NCBI GenBank assembly: GCA_977016875.1
Contig: CDRNST010000049.1
Span: 3,224,001 to 3,288,000 of the forward strand
Direction: 5' to 3'
DNA length: 64,000 nucleotides
DNA from: Pavona decussata
Lineage: Eukaryota
Positions 13,401 to 25,470 of the stretch are shown in pieces. A model generated the notes under the pieces. The model made no database searches. It was not told where the DNA came from and worked only from the letters and a program-made list of their open reading frames with translations. Within the stretch, counting starts at the first letter, position 1. The number at the start of each line of letters is the position of its first letter. The position numbers were made by a program, and so were the translations under genes.

Positions 13401-16400
13401 CAAGATGGCCGCTATTTGGTAATCATGACGTAATGTCACGTCTAATGACTTCCCGTTGCGGACCTCAAAAGAAACATCTTTGGACGTACCATCTATCCTT
13501 CAAGCGTCGTTGTCATAGCTTCTATTCTTACGACGTCACGAACGTTAAGCCCGGTCTCATCAAACTGAAAAAATTCCCGGATGTGTACCCGCGACAGATT
13601 TGGCGCCAAAATAAATGATAGCACTCTGTCTGCACTGACTTGTTTTTTGTCATGAACTTCAATCATTTCTAATTTTCGTGAACACTTGCTACATGTGAAA
13701 CGACCGCAGTGCTCTAAGGTTTATTTTGATCAACAAAATAACCCAGTATGACTGAACTTTTATCGCACAAAAGTAAGAAGAACATTTAGGGGCCAATCAG
13801 GCGAGAATATTTCAAGAAAAACTAAAAAGTAGGATAAGTATCAGTTTGAATTCAACTCATATTACCCTTGAAACGATGCAGGGTTCCCGTAAATTTACAC
13901 TTTGGGCATTTTACAATGCAACAACTAAGTTAAAATAGGCACTGGTAACGCTTGTTGACAAAACAAATAGAGACCTTTGATAGGTTAATCTTTTAATCCT
14001 GGGTTAGCGTTGGGCCGTTGACCAGCTTTTGCACGATCAGGTCCTGTAGTACTGTTTTAACAATACCTAATTAACCTTAAACGTATTACCGTTTCATACT
14101 TCGTATTAACTTTATTTAGAATCTACTCCTTGCCTTGTAAGCTTCAAATGCTCCTTGAAGGCACTCCATTTCACCTTGGAGACCAGCTGATAGCAAAAGA
14201 CAGAATAAGAACATAACAAAAGTTAACTTATAAGCTCACTTTCATTGCAATAATCCGGCTACTAACGTATCCATGAAAAAGTACGGAAGAGTGGCCCAGT
14301 TACAGTCAAACCTCGATTATCCGGACTTGTGGGGACTGGGCTGAATAGTCCGGATAATCGAGAGTCCCAATAAACGAAAATATGAATATCAATGAGCAAA
14401 CAAAAACTGAATAACTTATTTAATTATGCAAGAATCGTAGAACATTCACAACTCATTTACAAGTTATTTAAGTTAACGAAAAACGTTTCACGTCGGCCTA
14501 AAATGCTGAAGTAACTCAGATTGTTTTAATCTGCTTGAGCATGTGCGCGTCGCGAATTCCATCATTCTTCGAAGCTGCCGGCATAAGTTGAATAGCGTCA
14601 ACATTGTTTTGTCTTTCATTTTAACATTACAAATTTTGTCCCTGTCTCAGTTCAGATCCACTCGATGTTTGAGAAGACTTAAAAGAGTTGGGGATATAGT
14701 CTTCTTGGAGGGGGTGGGGGTGCAGTCAAAGGCCTACAGTGATTGGCACAAACCGTTGTCGTGTCCCTGCCAATTCTGGCGAAGCTAATCAAATCAAATC
14801 AAATCAAATAAAGGTTGCACAAAAAAAGTACTTTTTTCCAGCCAAACCAATGAGCCAGCCAATGAGATGGCTTGATCGTAATAATGTAAAGTTTATGGGG
14901 TTCTACTACACGTATAATTTAAACAGACTGGAAATACTAGCTGCAGGTGTTTTATTTACTGAGCCTAATCACAAGTTTGTAAAAATTTGAAATAATTCTT
15001 TAAGATTACTTCTTGTTCTGATCACAGAATGAATTTTCCATCAAGTAAACTAAAACGTATATGGAAGATATAAGAGAGAAAAAGATGTTTGAGCTTGAAA
15101 ACTGTAGGGGTCTCACATCCGTACCTTTCTCCACTTCAGCACTTCGTCTTTCTTCATGAAGCTGTTAAGGATAAGAAATTTGAAACAAATTAACTGGCTG
15201 ACATGTTTAAAGTATGGACACACATGGAAATAATATTATAATAATCAATAACTGATAGTAAACTGCCACTGAAAGACGTTCTGTAACAAATAGAGCAGTT
15301 GAGAGATTACCTGCTCCTAAAGCAAATTCTAGCTTATAAAAATTAATTATCAGGTAGTTTTTCACTGTTAGTGACATAAGTGACACTTCATAATATCAAA
15401 TATACACTGTATTTGCAGAACTTTCATGAACAATATGCAACATTGCCAAATATCTGTTGTCATAATATATTATAGACATGGCTTTCAATTAGTGCCACTA
15501 AGGTTGCGTTCGATTGACTGTATTCCGGAACAAGAATAAGCAGAATATATGAAGCTGTTAGATTTCTCTTTTAAAGTAAATTTGGGAAGACATTTCTGCA
15601 AAATTTCGCTGACACGTGATAGTTTAAGAGCGATTTTGTACTTCAGTAACTCCAAAAACTTCTCATGAGGGATTTCTTGACATCATTCTATGTATTCCTA
15701 TTCCGGAATTGGGTCAATCGAACGCACCCTGATATATCAGTTTCCGACACCATTTAAGTTTACTTCATAACAGGTCATCCGTAAGTGAAGCTTAATAGCA
15801 GGACTTGTTTTTACCTGTTGATTAAATGAGTTTTTTAACTTCTCCATCTCTTCATCATGGTCATCCTCGACTGATCTACAATGAAAAAAGAAAACAGCAC
15901 TTCCATTCAATAATGATACTTATATTTAAAGCCTACAGAAAACAAATGAGCCACTCAGATGGCTCAAATGTATGTGTACCTCTAAGGTACGTATCCAACT
16001 ACCTATGAAACATTAGTCAGTTTTAATTAATACAGTGCACAATGCCTCGATTTCAAAAGCAACTGAAAACATCAATGATAATTTGCAAAAACAATTATAT
16101 TAAGACAAAATAAATTAGCCCCACTTTATATGCTCTCTGTGTTCCTCGTGTATCTGTTCAATATGGGCCTGGTGGTCCTCTTCAACCTGTAAAAATTCAT
16201 GTATTTGAAATTATCACTTCTTAAGACGATGATGTTATAAACTCAAGTCACTGTACTTAGCGTTAGTTTCAAGAGGGGTAGTCCCATACCAGCTTAAACA
16301 ACATAATTTAATAAAAAAAAAAAAGACATGCCTTTGGCTCCGCACCGCACGGGTTTCGCCAAAACGCCGACCCCTGGCTCAGCTGACCCCCTAATGACCT

Positions 16401-19400
16401 CTAACCGACCCCCTCAAAAAATATCAGGGAAAAACAAGAAAAAAGTGAAATTAAAGTTATAAATTTTTAAAACCTACAGGAGATGAAGATGGTGGAAGCG
16501 AGGCAAAACAACGCAAATGACGCAAATTTAACGTTTCCAGACGTCCGCAGCCACCAGTTGATGTTGTTTACAAAATTTCGCCCGTTCCCACGGTAAAATT
16601 AAGCAGAACTAGATTCCAGGTCCCGCTCTGGCTCGCTATTCCCGCGTTGACGTGCTAGTTTGCCTCGCTGGCGATGTCGGGTGACTCAGTAGCTTATTTT
16701 TAAGTCTCCGTAAATTTGCTTCCGTTCTAATCTTAGATAGGTCATCTTTAGCTTGTTTAATTATTGTTTTGTCGTATTTGCTCTGCAGACGACCTCAGAT
16801 TTGGAACATTTCGAGCCGAAGACAAGGTAAGTTCTCGGTGCATTTAAAGGCTGGTTTCCATATGATCGCGGATCGCAGATCGCAATAAGGTCTGCGATCG
16901 TGATCGCAGACGATCGCAGAAGATAGAACCATGTCCTATCTAAAGGCTGGTTTCCATATGATCGCGGATCGCAGACCTTATTGCGATCTGCGATCTGCGA
17001 TCCGCGATCATATGGAAGCCAGCCTTAACTTTCGTTCAGCTTCATGGTCCTGCGAACCAAGATGTTTCGTCGGATAGTTTGACCTTGTTGTTTTTTTTGT
17101 CTGACTGCCACAATTCGCCTCGTTGTAATGAATTAAAGAAACGAAAACAATTCGCTCCTGTCAGAGAATTTGAAGCCTGATACCCGTGGAACTGGGATTT
17201 TTTTTGCGAGCAGACGTTCGATTCTATGTTTAATAAAATATTTAATTCTTAAATCTTCTGTCTAGCAGCGATTTTGGCTACTTGAATGGTTGTCAACTCA
17301 AGGATGCAGCCCTTTCAAAGTATTTTGGTCACAACGAGAGCTGGATGTATCAGAACGTTAGTTTATGGTGAGAAACAGTACAGCCCTTCCTTACGACTTG
17401 TGGTGCATTCGGTCTTTGCACAATAACTTTAATTTAACATTTTCTGTTTTTCCCTGTGATTTTTGGAGGGGTTCAGTTAGGGTTGAGTAGGGGGGTCAGC
17501 TGACCCAGGGGTCAGCATTTTGTTGAAACTCGTACAGAACACATAATTGTAGTGGGAACTAGGCATAATCTCAATTCTGCAAAAGACATTAACGAAAACA
17601 TTACAACAAAAGACAAACTTCAACAAGTCATACAACTTCCAGAGACACAACTTTTAAATTTCAGATAAGGTCTTCATATCCCAACCCTCACCCTGTAAAA
17701 TACCTTTTTGAGGTACATCCTGTGGTTCAGTCTCTCTTCTTCAAGAATCAATGTCAAGTCATCAATCTGCTGACGAAGTTGTTGAATTACAATGTCCCTG
17801 TTTTATTTCAAAAAATAAACGAAACAATGATAAGCATGAGGGGCTTTTCAATAACTAGCTTTTCCCTCAACTGTTGCCGGCATTTACAGGCAATTGGCAA
17901 AGAGCAGTCGTCACCTGCAGGCACTCTAGTGTTTTCTGAATTACAGTTCTTAATTATTGCTCAGCCATATTAAGCACCTCAATACTTAACAGTGGCAGCC
18001 CATGCAAAATTTATACATTAATACCTGATTACTTGCCGTCAGTCTGAGAGCACACTGAGTCCTACCGAAAGGGTGGCCCTTTCAATGTGGGACAAATTTT
18101 AAACCATTTTATTAGTCTCTGAAAGTCTGAAGGTGGATATCGATTTTATAGAGACCGTTTCAGAAAATTAGTATGGATTTTGGAGGCCTCGGGTCTAACT
18201 GGTCAAAACTGCACGGGCAGCATATGATCCCAGCAAAAGAGTATCCCTTAGGAACACTGCATGAGGTACATGCAAAGTAACACTCTAGAATTTAAACTGT
18301 GATACAATAATGTTAGACATCAAAACTGCTGCATCACTTAAACTTGACTTACTTTTCATCTGGGGGTTGTGATCTGCAAATGAATCAATAAAAAATATAG
18401 CCCTTAGCAAAAGTTTGGGAATAATGATTATATAATCACAACGGTTTATTTAAGCTTAATATATTCAATTAAATAAGTTAATAAAAAATTTAATGGAAGA
18501 CAGTTTAATTTTAATTATTTTGAAAAAAAGGTCACAGTTAAAGCAGTGTTGACATATTAATATTTTTAAGTACTAACTTTTAACCACAAAATGACAGTCA
18601 TTAATTATAACTTTTATATTATTTTAATTTCACCAACCTGCAATGGTGTGATGGTTGTTGATAATTCTGTTCAAAAATGTTGTCAGTGATGTCTTTATTG
18701 CACTTCATCTTTAAATACCTAATATGTGGGTGTTAACCAACAGTCAACCTTTTATGGACTCAAACAACACTTTATGCTTTAAACGCTGAGCAGAATTAAG
18801 TTTTGTAACGAGATCTGTCAAGCTAAGCCGAATCTGAAGTCTTAAACATAATTTGTCAGAGTGGTTCAACATTTATGTCCTTTAAAAGAATAGTTCAATA
18901 AATTTTCCCATGGAAAAAAAGCAATGATATCTCTGAAAACAATCAAGGTCTCAGGCACTTTTTCCCACAGCATTTAATTACTTATTTATATTTTCTGCAC
19001 ATGAATATGTACCGTAAATGCTTGAATAAGTACATGGGGTACTTATTTTAATTAATTTTCTGGGTCGAGAAGGGGGCACTTATATTCAGTTCTTTCAAAT
19101 TTTGGCCTCAGACTAATATTGTCTTTATTTCAAGTAAACACAAACTGTAGCAAAACGTCAGAAAACTGAAATGAATCTGTGAGGAGAAACACAAATCTGT
19201 GTGTTAGACTTTAATGGTCTAAGATTTGTACTGTTTGGTTTATTCATTAAAGATGTCTGTACAGCACTACTGCATACCGTATATTCTTTGCCTTTTTTTT
19301 CTTGGGGAGCCCTGGGTGGGGGATGCTTACTTGAAGAGGGCACTTAGTTAATATTTTTAGCCTCAAGGGGGGGGGGGGGGGGGTTATTTGAATGGGGCAT

Positions 19401-21314
19401 TAATTCAAGCATTTGCGGTATATATCTATAGAAAAAATTAATGCTTCAACATAACATTTAGCATGAATTTTATGAAAAGTTCGATCACTCAGCCAGGTCT
19501 GCAGTGAGTTGCAGCCTAGTAAATTTACAAGACAGTAAAATTATTTTGCCCAACTTTTTAAAAATCGGTGAAAAAAAACTGATAAAAAACTCAGACTGGG
19601 ATTTTATCCCCTCAGATTAAAAGCAAGATTACATGTACATGTTTTCTGCAATAATTGTGTAAGTTTATTTGCAACAAATATTCCTCAAAAATGGGTCATT
19701 TTACATTTTCTACAATAATTTTATAACAGTCGTGCAATTATTGCTAAAATTATTAGACAGTACAAGTTTATTTGCAACAAATTATTTCTCAAAAATTACA
19801 TGTTTATTGTAGTCATTTTACATTTTCTAACATAATCTTAATATTACAGTGCAATAATTGCACTGTAATAAAATTAGTCATGAATAAATTAATTAGTTAT
19901 TGACTACTACAACCTTTTATACTAATATCGTAAATTAACCCTAGTTAGATAAAAGCATTTACTGAAATTACACACATTGATAAAAATAAACTCAATTATG
20001 ATGCACATTGACCACCTGTTACTGATACTCACTTTTTTCTTGCCTTTGTCTATATACATACAAAAGAAACAGTCAAAAAGAAATGAAATTAGTGAGTTTC
20101 AAGGGCCATTTCAAAATTAATGTAACATTAAACTTTTTAGGTGATCAGAGGAAGCCCTGCAGGTTCTTAAACAAAAGGAAAGTGACCATAAATATTGAGA
20201 AATCTGGATTTTGAGACCATGCATACACTATGGAAACTAAGAAGTTGTTGCTGGAAGATAACTCAAGGTAATATTGGAAAATAGTAATTCATTTGGTAAG
20301 TTTATAAATTAATGCTTTTGCCGTTGTTGTTGTTGTTTTTCCTATATTTACATAAAGAAAAATATATATAAGCTACATGTAAAAAATGGCAAGTTAATGT
20401 AATAATAATATTGTGAGTCTTAATATACTTAGAATTCTAAATATAGTGGATTCTTGGTTTGTGTAAATTGCCTCTCATCTCTGACACTTAATAGTACAAA
20501 TGGGGATGGGACTCAAATTAATTTTCAATAAATTTGCTGTGCCCCCTCAGTACTCGCAGGGAACTGAAGTCACTAAATATTAAACCACTTTTAGGCCACA
20601 CTAATATTAGGTACTTGAATGAAATTTAACAGCTGACCTTTGTGGTACCTTCCTTGAAAAAGTCATCTGTTATTGTCACATTAATCTTCTCTTTGCTTCT
20701 TGACAAGACGTAACCAGGAGCTAATGTTATAGTCATACCATCCTACCATGGTGATAAGCAACAGCAAATTAGTCAACACTTTATTAATCAAGTTTAATTA
20801 CATTGACTGTCTGGTACAAAAATGCAAGCACACTTCCATGTATACTTCATGTATATATATATATATATATATCGTAGAGATTGACACATAAACTTGGCCA
20901 TCATAAAAAACCTGTATGAACTACTTCTGTCTTATATGCACAACTGTACTTCATTATACTTCAATTATAAACATTGGTATGTACAGTTAAGTATGTGATG
21001 TGTCATATTGAATATGATGACAGCAGTCTACATGGAGACACATGTTACATAAAGTGCAGGCAAAACAATTTACAAAGGCTAAAGCATTTAAATTATAAAC
21101 TCAGGGGGATTGAGGCTGAAGATGATGATGATGATGCCGACGACAATGATGATGATGATGATGATGATGATGATATCATTTATTACTCAAGATATTGTGC
21201 ATGATCAAATGTGCATCACAATAAAACTATAACTACCAATACTAACTAAACATATATGAAATCAATATAACAAATAAATACATGAATCAGTATCTTAGAA
21301 AATAAATAAATAAC

Positions 21315-21367
<53 letters not shown>

Positions 21368-24300
21368 TAATAATAATAATAATATTACAATGAATCTGTT
21401 ATTTATTTCATCACACCAAGACGCCGAAGTAAGCTCCCAAACTGGCTATACATTAGAGGCTTGCATGCAATTTTGGAAGCAAGCATTAACTTCTGTTCAC
21501 AGATTGGGTAAATGATCTTTCGGTATATTTAGAGTTTCCAGAAACAGAATGAAGCCATTAACTGCAGCTCCCAATAACAATTTCTGCAAAAGCTGCTTTT
21601 GTTGTATAAATCACAACTACAAACTAATAGTCTTGGCATATGATTAATTTTTCCTACATCTTGATTGCTCTTATATGTGCTACTGGTTCCCTGATGCCTG
21701 CTGGCACTATTAAAGTGAACACGAAGAGAGGTTGTGGAACAAAACACTGAACTTGCATAATACAGAACTACATGTATACCTGCCAACTTTTTCTGTCAAA
21801 TGCGTGAAATTTTTGTCTTGTTATAACCGGGATTTCCGAAAACGTCCGAGCCACTTGCGAAAATTTCCGATGATTTTCCGAAGACTTGTGAATGTTGCCG
21901 AAAATGTCCGAAGATATTCCGACCACCTTCGAACACGTTAATACGTTTCAAACAGATTGTAGACATTTGAAAGCTTTTGCGATTGTTATAAAGAGCAAAG
22001 AAATATAATATACATAACAAATCTGAAATGAAATGGAATTGTTTTTAGAACAGCTCGTCCGGATTTGTGAGTCAGGCGTGAGAAATTGTCCTCGGTGCAT
22101 GAGATTGGTGTCTTTAGTCTGCAGACGTGAGACTCACGCATAATGTGTGAGAGAGGGCAGGTATACTACATGTATATATCAGATTGCACTGAGATCAGCA
22201 AATATTGAACCAAGTAACTCTGAGGTTAAAATTCAGTGTCACTAGTTTTAAACTTCATGTAATTGAGTTACTGCAGACTTAATGTTTCAGGGGAATTCGA
22301 AAGCAATGATATTTACATCATTAGGTTCCTCAAGTGAGCTTCTGTGCATTGCACTGTACACCTGTCTCCACCTGGAACATCTGCTATGGTACAAAAGAAC
22401 TAATTAATATTTACATTTTACCTATAATAACACACTATTGACTTTAATTCAGTTATTAATTTTAATAGCCAAATTAATACAGAGTATTATGCCATTTATG
22501 TAGATGAATCGATCAATTATACCATACACCAAAAAATACATCCAATTATAAGCCCCCCTCTAGTTTTGTTAGTGTTGTAAGTTTTAATTTTGTTCCAAAT
22601 ATTGACGTTTTAAAGCTTAATTAAATACCAATAAATGAAAAATGTATTTCAATCAACACTGCTATAACTCGTTTTGAAACATTTTCTTCTTTTTTTACCC
22701 CAGGTATAAACCCCCCAGATATAAGTCCATCTACAACCCCTTACGAGTTGCATTAAAGCCTGCAGCACTTTATTTTCTAGCAAATCCGCCCCACTTAGGG
22801 ACTGCCATAATTTTATATGAAAATGACAGGGCTGCTGATCACCATACCTTTCAGGGGTTAAAAATTTATTCATGGGGGGGGAGGGGGGAGACCCATTGTA
22901 GGGTATTTAAAGTAAAACATTTAACTAGTCTATTGATAAATTTAAAGTTATTCTGGTAATATGAAAGATAACCTGATAAACATTGACCCAAATTTCATTA
23001 CAACTTGCCTACACAAAGTGTTTGCTCTGTCATCCAATCATGTAAATAAATATAATTATAATTTGCATAACCTGATGGGAAATAGTTACCAATGTAGAAC
23101 ACTGTCGTGTGCATCAACCTTATAAAAGCCAATACACCTCCATATATCAGAATTACATGTATATAAATTAATTACCTTGCTCTTGGAGAATCACTAAAGC
23201 TGACATTTAATCTGCTGGGAGTTGATCTAAAAAGCAGTACATATTTAAAATTCAATTGGTTACTTAACTTCCTACAAGACTTAATTGGTACAATTGACTT
23301 AATGTATCACTTTGTAATGGATTGGGAAAAAAGAAGCAGTCAAAGCAAACAGAAAAGTCTATAGGAATAACATTCCAAATTGGATATAATTGGCCATTTA
23401 CATGGGGAAACCAATTTTGTAGTTATTAATGCTGGTATTTCAAATTGTTGTTCTTGGCACCTTAGTTACTCTTCTTAACATCTACATTTTAATTAAGTCG
23501 GTAAAGTCATGAGAAATCACACCAAAACTTAAATAAAACATTAATAATTGATTAATGTTCCCTCAGTCCTGGATTCTTTAGAGGCCCTTGCATCTTTCCC
23601 AGGGGGTAAGCTTGATCCTTCCCTTTTTTTTTTTTTTAAGTGGGCTATACAGGGAGGCCTACAAAAGATATGCGAAAGGGTTAACAGACGATATTAGGTT
23701 GAAAAACATTCATAATTTTCTAAACTAAAAGGCTGACAGCAATTAACCCTGAATATTATTTAGCAAGACTAGCAAAAACTGACCAGAAATTCCTGGCAGA
23801 AATTATAATGCGAAAGTTGTGCTTTGTCAATTGTGCTGGAAATAACAAGGCTTTGGGTTTTCTTAGAGATATAAGAAAGAAACAAAACTTCATGTTCAAG
23901 AAAACTGGGACAAAAATGGGTCACCAGAGGAATTTGGTCTCATTCTTATGCTCACTTTCTTTGTCCCTCATCCCTTGGCTTGATTTCCACCGCTCCCTTT
24001 CCTGAAGACTACTGGTAATCGCAGAGCCTACCCCACCCCCTCCCTTCTGACACTCCTAGAATCTCTCACAGTTTCTCTTATACAGCCAAACTGTCTTCCC
24101 ATCAAAATACATGTAACGTCATCCCAGGAGTAATTTCAGTGACCTCACACTTTTCAGATATGTGACTGTAAATTATTAATCTATTGTAAAAATAACTAAC
24201 AGTGGTGGAAATACTCCTGTTTCCCTGTTTTTTTCTCTGCAATGTAAATAGAATATATACAGGAGTGATGCTGTGCCTTAACTGAGAAAGTAAACTTTAC

Positions 24301-24800
24301 TGTCAGAAAAGCGAATCATGCTGTTTTACCAGTTCAGGTATTCACAAACCCTTCATACCTCCATATCGTATATGCATCAAAAGGAAGGTCTACTTGGTTT
24401 TTCGATTTTTATACTATCAGTGTTTACGTATGAATGTATATCAGTAAAAGATCTGTGTCATAGGGTGGAAATAGTTCAAAAGAATTTTTCAGAATTTCAA
24501 ATCTGCGGCGAAGGTAAACAGTAAAAGTTTGTTGTAACGCAATTAGCAACTACAGTAAACAGCGCTTAATTTCGTCAGCAGCTAAGCTCTACGATGAAAC
24601 TAAAATCCCCAAACTAAGCTAGGCACTCACTTGGGCCTTCTGTTATCGGTAGAAGTGTGGTTGCGTCTCCCTCCCGGCGTAGCAGTCTGCGCGCGTCTCT
24701 GAAGCTCCTCGCTTCCAACCTGGCCAATAACCCAAGCCGGTCTCTTGTATGGCGGCCGCGTTCCACTAATACGAATAGTTTCCAAAGGAGCATCGCTCAT
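3483..24800 (-). CDS. FLACC1: Flagellum-associated coiled-coil protein, FLACC1/ALS2CR12-like; 21 coding exons, 1701 nt, 566 aa
   Basis: Exons in transcription order: 24631-24800, 23176-23226, 22317-22383, 20638-20742, 20033-20049, 18353-18373, 17704-17797, 16125-16186, 15815-15875, 15125-15161, 14134-14186, 12233-12277, 11008-11062, 9743-9846, 9006-9077, 8539-8628, 7573-7614, 6490-6557, 4998-5061, 4082-4117, 3483-3869. All phases join into one ORF from ATG in a gccaacATG context to TGA. TITLAPGYVLSRSKEKINVTITDDFF matches the remembered human FLACC1 motif VINVSPGYQLVRNREQISVTLGDEMF. The coiled coil that follows (IQQLRQQIDDLTLILEE; LQGAFEAYKETVATEMDFKW; VDNRYSMRMQGLMSDNTDLR) is collinear with FLACC1. 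Confidence 0.88.
4550..4856. mobile_element. Harbinger/Tourist-like MITE with internal tandem repeats
   Basis: TIR AGGTTGGTTCTCATATAATCGCTACGATCG versus CGATCGTAGCGATTATATGAGAACCAGCCT, TTA/TAA flanks; three ~54-bp internal copies of GCGATCATATGAGAATCGCTCTGTTCGGCGATCATAGCGATCTTAATGATCGTA. Confidence 0.85.
5576..6253. mobile_element. CGATCG-rich MITE (AGTCGGTGACAC-type TIR) carrying a nested Harbinger-like MITE at 5774-6012
   Basis: Degenerate TIRs AGCCTGCGACACACTAG / TAGTGTCACCGACT; a reverse-oriented partial copy without the insert lies at 28047-28300. Confidence 0.8.
5774..6012. mobile_element. Nested PIF/Harbinger-like MITE, CTG TSD
   Basis: GGACCAGTTGTTCAAACGCTGGATAAC / GTTATCCGGCCTTTGAACAACTGGGGC, CTG at 5771-5773 and 6013-6015; the empty site is visible in the 28 kb copy. 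Confidence 0.9.
10092..10210 (+). mobile_element. Crypton (tyrosine-recombinase/DUF3504-type) N-terminal remnant
   Basis: MASTSRFREVSEDDIGNVLQSAIPEKTKRAKRYGMKIFK followed by a donor-like AAG|GTCAGC resembles the RF..vs.eei..l....ip.nTk..t..g.k.F N-terminus of Crypton-derived ORFs; a similar decayed start (MAAASSRF.IVCDEEID) is near 50334-50385. Confidence 0.55.
10333..10472. repeat. Compound microsatellite (GATT)5(GATC)11(GATT)19
   Basis: Read directly from the sequence. Confidence 0.97.
14304..14360 (+). mobile_element. pogo/Tigger-like TIR fragment
   Basis: TA+CAGTCAAACCTCGATTATCCGGAC...GTCCGGATAATCGAG; a similar end TA+CAGTGGAAACTCGATTTAACGA is at ~40489. Confidence 0.55.
15501..15730. 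mobile_element. Harbinger-like MITE
   Basis: TIRs AGGTTGCGTTCGATTGAC..TATTCCGGAA / TTCCGGAATTGGGTCAATCGAACGCACCCT. Confidence 0.75.
16351..17531. mobile_element. Non-autonomous Mutator-like (MULE) element with long TIRs
   Basis: ~110-bp degenerate TIRs (GGGTTTCGCCAAAACGCCGACCCCTGG..CAGCTGACCCCC versus GGGGGTCAGCTGACCCAGGGGTCAGCATTTTGTTGAAACTC); 9-bp flanks GCACCGCAC / GTACAGAAC match 6/9, consistent with a decayed 9-bp TSD. Confidence 0.65.
16848..17025. mobile_element. Harbinger-like MITE nested in the MULE, with duplicated 5' end
   Basis: TIR AGGCTGGTTTCCATATGATCGCGGATCGCAG occurs at 16848 and again at ~16944; 3' TIR GCGATCATATGGAAGCCAGCCT; TAA TSD (16845-16847, 17026-17028). Confidence 0.85.
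19012..19418. mobile_element. Tc1/mariner-type MITE (CCGTAAA TIR, TA TSD)
   Basis: TA+CCGTAAATGCTTGAAT ... ATTCAAGCATTTGCGG+TA. Confidence 0.7.
21120..21174. repeat. Imperfect (GAT)n microsatellite
   Basis: Read directly; it produces the spurious poly-Asp ORF 20974-21204. Confidence 0.9.
21312..21384. repeat. (AAT)n microsatellite
   Basis: Read directly. Confidence 0.95.
21779..22161. mobile_element. MITE with CCTGCCAAC-type TIR
   Basis: TATA+CCTGCCAAC ... GAGAGGGCAGG+TATA. Confidence 0.55.
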
Positions 24801-24918
24801 GTTGGCGGTGCAGGGCGGTCAGTAGGTTTTATCCATGAGTGAGGTCCTTTAGTAGCTCTAAGTTGTCAATCGTATGAAACTACAAGTACATACGTGCAAA
24901 GCTAAAAATCAAACAGTG

Positions 24919-24967
24919 GTTGCCATTAATGCCGTTCAGTCACGCGAGTAAACTATTCGGAGGCAAC
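24919..24967. promoter_or_regulatory. Possible RFX X-box half-sites upstream of the FLACC1-like ATG
   Basis: GTTGCCAT (24919-24926) and GGCAAC (24962-24967) lie 120-170 bp upstream of the start codon, and forkhead-like GTAAACA occurs twice at the start of intron 1 (~24514, ~24555). Ciliary genes are typically RFX/FOXJ1 targets, but these short motifs could be chance. Confidence 0.3.
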
Positions 24968-25189
24968 AGCGACAAAGCCCTTTCATTGGCCATGTGTGTT
25001 CTCAGCTTTCATTTGCTGGGCACGAACTATCTTCTTCACAAAAATACAATCTAATAGCTCTTTCCTATGACAAATTGCGATCGAATGCCTGCATGTATAC
25101 TGAAATCGAAGTCCTTTGCAAAACAAAGTCAAATTTTAACTTGTCCAGCGGACTGGCGTTATAACCATGACAACAATAAAGCTTTCACA

Positions 25190-25470
25190 CAATCTCGTAC
25201 CCAGAGTCTTCAGGCTTTTTGGTCAGCGGGGCAACGCCGGGAAGACTCTGGGGACATCAAATTTTATTACCGCAGGATTTCTGCGGTAAAACGATGGAAA
25301 CCGTTACGGAACAGCCAATCAAAAAAATTGAATTTTTTCGATGTCCCCAGATTCTTCCCGGCGTTGCACCGCTGACCAAAAAGCCTGAAGCAGGGTACGA
25401 GATCAATCTCGTACCCAGAGTCTTCAGGCTTTTTGGTCAGCGGGTGGTCGCCAGTAGAGACTCTGGGACA
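25190..25470. mobile_element. Palindromic MITE (CAATCTCGTACCCAGAGTCTTCAGGC TIR) plus an immediately adjacent partial second copy
   Basis: TIR at 25190, inverted end ...AAAAAGCCTGAAGCAGGGTACGAGAT at 25403; an identical 5' end restarts at 25404. Confidence 0.8.

Noticed and set aside
20974-21204. Acidic poly-Asp ORF suggestive of a coral acid-rich skeletal protein
   Set aside because: It comes from an intronic (GAT)n microsatellite, antisense to the host gene, with no signal peptide or splice support. The same applies to the (GAT)n at 49450.
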